A DNA stretch of 64,000 nucleotides from Veleropilina oligotropha (Eukaryota), in the NCBI GenBank assembly GCA_048128005.1, contig JBEUKZ010000099.1, forward strand, positions 1-64,000, in the 5' to 3' direction. This document shows positions 53,747-64,000 of the stretch, in pieces. Position numbers and translations under genes: made by a program. Below the pieces are notes generated by a model. That model did no database searches and was not told the DNA's origin. It was given only the letters and a program-made list of their open reading frames with translations. How positions within the stretch are numbered: the stretch's first letter is position 1; each line of letters opens with the position of its first letter.

Positions 53747-54754
53747 CTGAAACGGAACAAAGACCACCCGTGATCAATGGCATCTCGAATACAAATAGCA
53801 CCAATGGGGTCAATGGGATCCGGAATGCAAGTAACACATATGATTAATGGCATATCCAATACAAATAGCACCCATGGGCAATGAAATATCGAGCAATGAT
53901 GGTTTTGCAAATAAACAAAATAACAAAATGTCGCTCAAATTGTTTAATAGGTGGGTTTATACTCTTACTGGCATTGGTAGTACAGGGTTACAAGTGACCG
54001 TGATGCTGATAAATGTGATCTTGTTAAAAATCTTTAACAAAATTATGATTATACTACCGATGATGCAACGCCGGTAACTATGTGGTCTCGAGTGCCGACT
54101 ATGAACTTACTAGCTCGGTTGCGCTAACTAACAGGAATTGGTATTAAAATTATTTGGTCAGTTATCAACTGCAGTTGTCCGCACTGGCCGGAGAGGACAG
54201 GTTTCCCCAGGCCACCGGGCTTTCGTACCGAGATAAAATGGACATATCCTCTCTTCAACCTGACCAGAAGGTTGTAAATATCCAGGATCGATCTAATCCA
54301 AAGCAACACTACAACTCATGTAGTTAGATGAATGGAATATTATTCACATAATCTTGAAAATTAAGAACCATTTGCAATACTCTAACATATTCAGTATTAA
54401 AGGTTCACACAATGACCGCTGACAACACCAATGAATCAGGTAAGGTCACCGTAGTGTAAATTAATATTACCAGTGTCAAAAGTAAATGTGTCAGATATTC
54501 TGTGGGCGAATCTGACGCAATTACGGTGTTTTGCGTCACTTTACCTTTATTGATGCTGCCATCCATACACATATTAATGTAATATTATTGCGTCACTGTG
54601 TTAAAGTTGCATTGCCCGTAAGTAGCGAAAAACGTTTTTAATTTTAAACCCTAGACCGCAAATATATTTTTGCGATTTAGCCACAAAGTTATAAACTTTG
54701 CAATTTGTTCCTCAGAAATAACACACCGGGCAGGCTACTTGTGCATATCATATT

Positions 54755-55054
54755 CTACTTCTTCGACGGCAGTTGGTGGCATTCTCTGATATAGCACGTC
54801 TTCTCGTGTCTTAATGCAGAACACTTATAAGCAAATCCCTTCTTGCAGTATCGACAGGTGTACGGGCGGTCCCCTTTGTGACTATTCATGTGTCCGATAT
54901 ACTGAGTAGTGTATCGAAACGACTTCCCACAGACTGCGCATGCGTACAAGGTATACGATCGAGCAGGACCCTGGTCTCTCGTTGCCAACGTAAAATCACG
55001 TGAAAAGGGCACAGATATGTCCTTTACGACGCCAGGTGCAGGTGGCTCAAACGT
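54755..55054 (-). CDS. Zinc-finger terminal exon, cassette 8 (2 fingers, short linker)
   Basis: tctttactcctttcag|ACG, phase 0 (TFEPPAPGVVKDISVPF...). CAVCGKSFRYTTQYIGHMNSH-KGDRPY-TCRYCKKGFAYKCSALRHEKTC. No ATG precedes the fingers. Confidence 0.85.
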   Translation of the reverse strand, partial: TFEPPAPGVVKDISVPFSRDFTLATRDQGPARSYTLYACAVCGKSFRYTTQYIGHMNSHKGDRPYTCRYCKKGFAYKCSALRHEKTCYIRECHQLPSKK

Positions 55055-55320
55055 CTGAAAGGAGTAAAGATAGCAATAAAACTTGACTTAGCCGTGAAAA
55101 TGTAGACTACAGCTGCCATCTCCAATTATTCATACAATGAGCTTCATACCTGAACAATAGGACTCGTAGTGTTAGTAACTCCATTGTTCTAGGTAATTAC
55201 CTCGGGTCGCGCCGACCTTAACAAAGGAATTGACAAGGTGCCAGACTCCTTTGAATGGCAGAGTCCACTGTTTCATTTCGCGCCCATGAGTTGATATCAT
55301 GGGCAATTCCAAGGTTTAAG

Positions 55321-55577
55321 GAGGAGGAATTATGCTTAATGTCCTGTATATTTATAACATCGAGGTTCAAGGCAGGACATGTCCGTGTTATCGCGGGAGG
55401 AAACCCCGGTCGCCGGGTAAACCCGCCCTCTTCGGCCAGTCACGGACAACTGTGCTTCATAACTTGAACAAATGTGTGCTGCCTCAGCCGGGGGTCGATC
55501 CCACTACTGTTCGCATCAGCGGAAACAAGCCAGTGAATTTAGAGTGGACACTCTACCCACTGCGCTACCGAAGCGGC
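55321..55577 (-). mobile_element. tRNA-derived SINE, same family as 45700-45959
   Basis: Near-identical sequence over about 255 bp. Confidence 0.85.
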
Positions 55578-56569
55578 CCCTCGGCGATATCCGCATAACG
55601 CCTGATATCGCTCCATATTATATATTATTTAGCCTTCAATTATAGTGTGCAAAAACTGGCACTGCGTCGCAATGTAAAACATCCCATCCATGACCGTGGA
55701 TGCCTAGAGTGGCGTGGTCGTTTGTCTCTGATGAACTCAAGATGTGACAATAATTTATTATCCAATGTAGAACAACGTGTTGTTGGATAGAACGTAATCT
55801 ACAGACTAATGAGTTTGTATCGTGTCCATGTAGTATCCTTACTGATTGTGAAAATTGTTAATGCTCATTCAGTTGTGACCATTAGCACCAAAGTGCATAA
55901 AGATAGCCGACAATCAAAGAGTGTAGGCAAAATTATTACAGTAACCATGAACTACACATGCCATTTTGGATGAACTTTATTACATAAAAAGATCGCATGA
56001 AGGTTGAGTGCGTCATTGCTTTTACACAATAATGAAAACACGATATCAGATATCAACATGGACTGGATATGTGTGCATGTTCATACATATTATCATTGGA
56101 AGAGTTTATTTTAATCATGTCACGCATAACCTATCCATTTAAGCCATGGAACGACAATACTTATCATTCACGAAATTACCATATACTAGTATATTAAAAT
56201 GAAAAAATAAGGTTCATTTGTTCAATTTTTCTACTGTTTTCTGCATTCGAAATTTTGGAAGTAACGTGGATGTTCTAATATAATAATCAAACCCTACATG
56301 AATCATTAATTATAAACCTGGCATTGTTGTACACTACATTCATAGATTCAAATGGTAATAGTAGTTCACATATTAAATATCCAGCAATATATTGTCCGTT
56401 CACCAACGCGTGATATACTGCAATCGGCATTAGGCGTATTCGAATGGGACTTTTCCATTGAGTACAATTAAGCTCCGCCCACCTGCGCAGTAGGAAAATA
56501 ATGCTCCACGAAACTGTGCCATTCGAATACAAATTTGACAATATCAAAGTTTCTGGTCACGTGCAGGTG

Positions 56570-58742
56570 TATGGAATGCCAAGAGGCTCAATATTCCATT
56601 GTGCTAGTTACAGTTACAACATTAGTATTAATGTTGCTATATCCTACTTCGACTTTCAAGTATTCTACTTTTACTTGCAATGTGATAGTTTCAATGTAAT
56701 AGTTGCAATGTTACAGTTGCAATGTTACAGTTGCAATGTTACAGTTGCAATGTTACAGTTGCAATGTGACAGTTGCAATATTACAGTTGCAATGTTACAG
56801 TTGCAATGTTACAGTTGCAATATTACAGTTGCAATGTGACAGTTGCAATATTACAGTTGCAATATTCTACACCGCGGCGCCACCGTCGCTTTGTTTACTA
56901 CCGGTAACGTATATAATAGGTATTTAAATACCAAATAATCGGTAATTGAATGTTTCTTTTAAATTCAGGTGATTTCGTTTTGATATTTATGAAGTTTATA
57001 TAATATTAAAGTTCATCAGTTAAAAGGACAGTCTGCAAGAGTAGATTTTCCCGACGCACGATTTCTTCGTATAATATTGACGACTAACGAGTAGGCTAAG
57101 TGTCGTGGCACCGGCCAAATTTTATATACAACAAAATAATAAATTTTAAAAACAGTAAATAAATGCATATAAATAGTGTTCGTGTACACGATAATGATAA
57201 ATGTACTGTTATGTGACTGTATCAGAATCTGATCAGCCGCATTAATTAATATACCCCCAAATTAAAACGCAAAAAAACTTGTCGCAAACTGCGTCCAGTA
57301 AGATGCCTCGAGTCAACCCAGAAACAAATTACTCTCACCTTAAAATGTACTCATGAAAATAGTTATATCACGGTTGACTCGTGGTGTCAATCGGATACCA
57401 GCTAGTCTCTCTAATAGCGTCGGTCGCATAATCATGTATTTACTGCTTGATAATATGATCGTAAAACATTGGCGCATCACTTATATTACATAAATAATAA
57501 AGTTTTATTTTCGTTTTCATCATATATCATGTTTCAGTTCGAGTATTTGAGATATTGGGCAATATGATGACTGTCGTAAACAATCTCCACGCATGCGCCG
57601 ACTGCGCCATGCTACATCGATCTCTGCCCCTGCTGGTAGCACTACTTTAAATCTGTGTGATTTCCATGCCGTCAATGACCCAGTTGTGTTTTTGTATATG
57701 TGTTCATACGCCGACACGCGATATTGTTTATGTCGCCATCGGTGTCGGTTAACATCAACAAAATGCATTATATTTGAACTGCTTTTTTTCTAACAAGTGA
57801 CTTCTCTCACACACGTATTTAGTCAGTCGATATTTAATATTTTCTTACGGTTAAATTAAATATTACATTTTAATAAGCGGTGGATCACCGCAAAACATTG
57901 ATACGATCTTACTTCACGCGTGACCGCATCCATCTTGTTTATTTACATGCAGAACTATTTGCTCTGGGACATCGCTTCAAATTACACAAATAAACTGGGT
58001 ATTTGTGGTCAATTTTAGGGTAATCACTAGATAACATGTGGTTGCCAATCGTTAAATTAAAAAATGAAGTGAAATAAAAAAATAAAAAATGTCACGTCAA
58101 GAACTAGATGAGGCGATTTGCCTCATGGCGGGGGGGGGGGGGGCACCGGTCGCAGAGACTGTGCATGGACGTAAGGGAAATAACTCGTCTCTGTTTTGGA
58201 GACTGTGTCGTAAACATACTTGTCTGGCTTATAGGAGTGCCGAGGCCGCATATTATGCTACATTTTTCGTCAGTAAATTCTAAAGTTTCAAATTGGTAGC
58301 CTCAGATTTTTACCCAATTATGATACTGTTACTGTCTGTCATATCAGTACATACACCCCTAAATATTAGTAGTTACTTCGTCACAGGTTTTAAGCTCTGC
58401 CGAACTGACCGTGTGACGTTTTGAACGTTACCCTAAACAAAGCGACGGTGGTGCCGCGGTGTAGAATATTGCAACTGTCACATTGTAACTGTAATATTTC
58501 AACTGTCACATTGTAACTGTAACATTGCAATAAAGGGCGAGAGCAGTGCGCGGTGCATAACAAGGAAGTTAGAATATCTCATCTTGCATAATGACATGTG
58601 TCGAACAGTAATGTTGGCAGTAAAATTAAAACATTGCAAGTAAAAGTAGAATATTGAAGACGAATTAGGATATTGCAACATTAATACTAATGTTGTAACT
58701 GTAGCGAGCACAATGGAATATTGAGCCTCTTGGCATTCCATA
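56570..58742. mobile_element. Long-TIR (foldback-type) DNA element of about 2.2 kb with an apparent 6-bp TSD
   Basis: caggtg|tatggaatgccaagaggctcaatattcc ... ggaatattgagcctcttggcattccata|caggtg. Arms of about 300 bp; the left arm carries a 14-bp acagttgcaatgtt array. Confidence 0.75.
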
Positions 58743-59503
58743 CAGGTGGACGTCACAATGGACTATTGAGCCTCTTGGCATTCCATACAGGTGGACGTCA
58801 CAATGGAATACTAGTATTGAGCCTCTTGGCATTCCATACAGGTGGACGTCACAATGGAATATTGAGCCTCTTGGCATTCCATACAGGTGGACGTCACAGT
58901 GGAAAATGGCGCCGCTTGCTAAAGTTCAAGGGTGCCGAAATATTATTGAAAAATCACAAACACTAAAACAAATATGCCAAGTTTAAATTGCTGCATGTTC
59001 AGTTAAACTAAAAAAGAAACACACCCGTTAAAATTAAAGCCATATTGCAGCACAAAGTTAAAATATGGCGTAATTATGACAAAAAATATTTATTTACAAT
59101 TAATCTATAGCTATGACAGTCGATCTCTTTTATGTATTACAAAAAACATAATATTTCACAACAATAATTTTTGAGGATATTTGTTATCATTTAATTTTGT
59201 AGTCTGTGTCATTTCCTTACTATACGCGCGAATTACTTTTCGCCAAGCGAGTGGACCTCTTTGATATCAAGAAATCAAATGTATCTCTTGATATCAAGAA
59301 TTAATTTCGAATTTTACCCATTCGAATACAAAATATGTACAACATGCTTAACGAAAATGCGTTGATCACACTTTAACGGCCTTTTGAGGTAGAGACGTTC
59401 GTGGAGTACTTTTTTCCTCTGAATGACGTCATCAGTGCCATCCGAATACAAAACATGCTCCACGATCGAAAAGTACTCAACGAAAAGTGCCATTCGAATA
59501 TGC

Positions 59504-60031
59504 CTATTCAAACAAACCCTGCTTGATCGCCTGTTTACAGGATCTTTCGTGCCGCTTTGCAGTAGCATTGTAAGCGAACCCCTTGTTGCAGTATCTGCAA
59601 GGGTACGGCTTATGTCCCTTGTGCGCGTTCATGTGACCTACATAGTGCGTGGTCTCCTGGAATCCCCTTCCGCAGATGTCGCATTCGTGCTTCCAAAGAC
59701 CTGCGTGGGTCAGTTGGTGCCTTTTCAATCCACTAATTGTCGTTAACTGTGTATCGCAAATGTCGCATGGATAGATTTTGCCACAACCTTCGTGAAACTT
59801 CAATTCTTTGATATTGTTAAACACCACGGAACATTTGTGACATGTAAGTTTCCCTGAACTTAGGATTTCAACTGTTTGTTCTTCATTACTGGTGTCGTCT
59901 GCACGTCTGGTAGTTGAACCAGCAATTGATATTCCGACGGCTCTATGAGACCACGATGTCATGATTGAAGCGATGTCAGTCATGGGATCATTTCTCATCG
60001 CAAGTTCATCATATGAGCAGGAGGGACCGGC
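59504..60031 (-). CDS. Zinc-finger terminal exon, cassette 9 (4 fingers)
   Basis: tttgtcttttccag|GCC, phase 0. CHKC..HEGC, CDIC..HQLTH, CDICGRGFQETTHYVGHMNAH, CRYCNKGFAYNATAKRHERSC, then stop. Confidence 0.85.
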   Translation of the reverse strand, partial: AGPSCSYDELAMRNDPMTDIASIMTSWSHRAVGISIAGSTTRRADDTSNEEQTVEILSSGKLTCHKCSVVFNNIKELKFHEGCGKIYPCDICDTQLTTISGLKRHQLTHAGLWKHECDICGRGFQETTHYVGHMNAHKGHKPYPCRYCNKGFAYNATAKRHERSCKQAIKQGLFE

Positions 60032-60224
60032 CTGGAAAAGACAAACGTGTCACTGTAGGTGAGACTCGACAATTGGTGAATAATCCACACGTTTTGTCTG
60101 ACAATCCACTTTATCGAATACTATTTATCACATCGTTGCTTTGGTGACATCGAAAGTTTACATCAACTATTTTCAGTAGATTATTGATTGAAATATTTTA
60201 TAAGGATACGTTCATTAATGGAAA

Positions 60225-60400
60225 GGTGCTTTTCGCAAATGGTTGCTGCCTAACCAGGCGGGCCAGGGTGCGATTCTCGCGTTCTGGGGTCAAAGGAGAC
60301 CGCCCTGACCTTTGACTGTTCTTAACCTTGTTCATATTCAAGCCTTCTGTGCCTATCTGCTGACAACCGAATGGTGCCATGGCAACATATTTGGGATCTT
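60225..60400 (-). mobile_element. Tc1 transposase N-terminal fragment
   Basis: VKNSQRSGRSPLTPERENRTLARLVRQQPF resembles the Tc1 GRPR/HTH region. Confidence 0.5.
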
Positions 60401-60849
60401 TTCCTTTATACGACCGCAAATTTTCAAATTATAGATTGGAATAATAATACCAAATGTTTATTCATACATAACAATATAAGTATGCTACCTTACTGTTTGA
60501 TACATGAAATAAAGATCCATATATGTTATTGTCAAGTAGAAAGCTATTTCACTTGACGAGCAGAAACCACGCAACTGTGCTCCAAATAGGTCAATTGAAA
60601 ATGAATGGATCTAACTGATCTAACTGTTAAATCCATGGGGACTAGCAACAGGTGAACCTCGGTCAGTCCAGGCTCACGGGGCGGTCCGGTGTATATACGT
60701 TTGTAAAGCCAATACAACTACGTACCTATCACGTGTATCTTATCGCAAGCTGCATTTGCCTTTAGTATAAATTTGGGGTCGTATAAAGGAAAAGAACCCA
60801 GATTTGTTGTCGAACGGCCTTGTACGCATTAATCATGCCTATTATTCAG

Positions 60850-62454
60850 AATCCCTAAACAAATATTTTGCATCTGTTTATACGCTTGAGGACACGGTAA
60901 ACATTCCACCAGTAAAACATATTTATGAAGATCATGAAAATGTTTGTGAAAGTATTGAAATTACTTCGGAAATGGTTGAAAAAAGATAAGCTTACTAAAT
61001 GTCAGTAAAGCTCCAGGTCATGATAACATATATCCCAAATTGCTAAAATACGGTAAGGATGAATTAGCAAAGCCATTAGCCCTGATATTCAATAAAACTC
61101 TACAAGAAGGCAGCTTGCCTGATGACTGGAAAACTGGAAATATTACCCCAATCTTTAAAAAGGGTAGTCGATCAAATACCCAGAATTACCGACCTATTAG
61201 TCTGACATCAATAGTAGGCGAAATAATGGAATCTATCTTAACGGATGCTATTTTAAAACACATAATTAAATTTGGCCTTCTGAACCACAAGTCAGCATGG
61301 GTTTATGGAGAAAAGATCTTGTTTAACAAACTTACTGAAATTTTTTGAAGATGTAACAAGTCCAATTGACACGGGAAAACCAGTTGATATTATATATCTT
61401 GATTTTCAGAAAGCATTCGATAAAGTACCACATAGACGACTATTACAAAAATTAAGTAACCATGGCATAAAAGGCCCAATACTAAATTGGATATGTAAGT
61501 GGCTAGAAAATAGAAAACAGAGGGTTGTAATAAATGGGATAAAGTCAAAGTGGAAACCGGTACTAAGTGGAGTACCACAAGGTTCTGTTTTGGGACCATT
61601 GTTGTTTCTCATATAGTTAAATGATATTGATGACGTCATTACATCTCTAGTAAAAAAGTTTGCAGATGATACCAAATTGTACAGAATTATCGAAACTGAA
61701 GAAGATGCAAAGAAACTTCAAAGTGACATAAATAATGTGGTAAAATGGTCTGAGGATTGGCAAATGCTTTTCAACACCAGTAAATGTAAAGTAATGCATG
61801 TGGGTTATAACAACAATACCTATAATTATGAAATGGGTTCAGAAACTTTACAAGAAGTGGCCAAAGAAAAAGATTTGGGTGTATGGGTAGACAAGACATT
61901 CAAACCATCAAATCAATGTGCAGAGTCAGCCAAAAAGGGACATCAAAATATTGGGAATGATAAAGAGAAACTTTAATTTTAAATCTAAAGCCATCATAAC
62001 TCGCCCATACAAGCAAATGGTTAGACCGCATTTAGAATATGCAGTGCAAGCATGGTGCAAAGGATATCAATATTCAGGACAAGTTCAAAGAAGAGCCACA
62101 AAATTGATAGGAGAATTAAGGGAATTGCCATATGAGGACAGACTAAGAGCACTGAACCTCACAACATTATCTATGAGAAGGATACGAGGTGATATGATTC
62201 AGGTGTTTAAAATGTTTACAGGAAAATACAAGGTTGACAATAGTTTCTTTTTTCAGATGAACCAAATACATACCAGGGGGCATCAATACAAGATTTACAA
62301 AAAGCGATTCCGACTTGACGTTAGAAAACACTTTTTCGCAAATCGTCTTGTCGATGAATGGAATGCTCTTCCTAATAATGTAGTGGATTCAAAATCTGTA
62401 AACCAATTTAAAAATCGCCTAGATGAGCATTTTAAGAAGCAGGGCAGGTTATAG
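60850..62454 (+). mobile_element. 5'-truncated degenerate CR1-type LINE RT
   Basis: [73 protein letters not shown]; stops and frameshifts. Confidence 0.92.
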
Positions 62455-63216
62455 AGGACAAGACAACTTCAATGGGTTTTTATATGAGTTACAGTAATGT
62501 GCTTTCTAAACCCAAACAAACTCTATTTAATCTATTTATTCCCCCTCGATCAACATTAAAAAATCTTCTTTGAACCACTTTGGAAAAAAAATCATGAATA
62601 GAATTTAAAATTTGCTGGTAATTATCATTGCACATAATGCAAGTTAACAAATCGCAAGTGACTTGTTCCGTGGGTAATGTGCACGGGGTTGCAGTTTCAG
62701 GGCAATAACAAACTACCACAATTGCTATGATGGACTGTTCTTGTCATTAAAAGGAGGTCACGCAACAACTATAAATTTTCAAGGGTGGCGCTGAGCTGTT
62801 TCCATGAGAATAAAGCAACATCAGTCAGCGTTGGTTATAAAATTGGCGACATTGCAAGGTTTGCGACTACTATAACAATGTTCCATTGGCAGTCAAGAAC
62901 CACCGCTTAGCGTCGCCATTTGATTAGACGTTTTATTTAAACATATTTTATTAGATGATTATCATGGCATAAATACAAACAGATAAATAGACAACAATTG
63001 GATAGCAGGCTCAGCCTATTTAGATCATTTTGTTGTTAGTACATTGTACATAGTACATAGCTGGTGATCATATTTTATTTTATTTACACACATTTTAATG
63101 CTCGCATATAACTAGTGGCTTTATAGGAATACATTGATATAGTCATGTAGATAAGGGTACAATATAAGTGGCATACAAGAACAAAAATAGGTAATCATTT
63201 ATCATCGTACATCTAG

Positions 63217-64000
63217 TTATTTTGTGGTAAAACGTTGTGTATGTTTAATGTACAATTGGACTTGTTTGAAAATGTCTTTGTTGGTGGCTACACTGTAAGA
63301 TTGATTTCCAAATAGGAGATTTGATATGTTTTGAATGCCGATTTGTCTGAAGAGAATATTACGTTGTTCAGTGTAATTGGTGCAATGCATTAGGAAATGT
63401 TCCGAATTTTCCTTTGGATGTCCACAAGAGCAGGCTGGACTTGCAACAATACTTAGTCGAAATAGGTTAACATTAAGAAGGCTACAATTCCGCCTTAGTC
63501 GTGTATGGACGATAGCCAGATTTCTTTCTAGTTCATAAATAGTATGAACAGGAAGCTCAATGGTGAGAGTAATTTTTGATTTGAACATGAAAATACTGGA
63601 TGAGTTTCTAACACTGAGCTCAAGATTATTCCAGTCCATAGTAGTTTTTGGAAAATATGATTTCCTGTATGATTCTGTTCGCGTTAATGGGACAGTTAAC
63701 AAGTCGCTGTTTCTTATATTATATTGGTTTCGGTCACTACGACCAAGGGGAAGTAATATTCGGAGGAAGGACGGTGTCCTGTTATTAATAATTTTATACA
63801 TCATTATAAGTCGTTTGTGGAGTCGTCTTAATTTTAATGGTGTAATACCAGTCTCTAAGTATAAGCAATCGCGCTGGCACCATAAAGGCAGTCCTGTTAT
63901 GATTCTAAGACAGTCACATTGGAGTTTCTCCAGTGACTCTGATTCGTAGTCATAGCAGTTGTCCCATATAATAGATCCGTACTCGATTATTGGTCTGATA
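63217..64000 (-). mobile_element. CR1/L2-group LINE ORF2 C-terminus, running off the window end
   Basis: IRPIIEYGSLIWDNC .. YFPKTTMDWNNL .. CSCGHPKENSEHFLMHC; related to the 39.6-42.1 kb element. Confidence 0.88.

Overview
AT-rich, transposon-dense animal (metazoan) genomic DNA, not prokaryotic. The repeat complement (Helentron/HINE-like, Kolobok-like, Crypton-like, Harbinger, Tc1, CR1/L2- and I/Nimb-group LINEs, tRNA-SINEs) is compatible with a marine invertebrate such as a mollusc, but that assignment is inference. The main host structure is an array of nine paralogous exon-like cassettes, all on the minus strand, between 3.8 and 60.0 kb, plus at least one decayed tenth copy. Each begins at a pyrimidine-rich YAG splice acceptor in the same phase (0), encodes a divergent linker and 2-4 zinc fingers, and ends in a stop codon after a conserved C2H2 + C2HC finger pair. 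No shared upstream exon is visible in the window. The best reading is one gene, with its constant 5' exons beyond position 64000, that chooses among many alternative terminal zinc-finger exons. This resembles the architecture of Drosophila lola/broad/fruitless/mod(mdg4). One cassette has its last finger broken by a 94-bp palindromic insertion with a 9-bp target-site duplication. Most of the remainder is nested mobile elements and tandem repeats.
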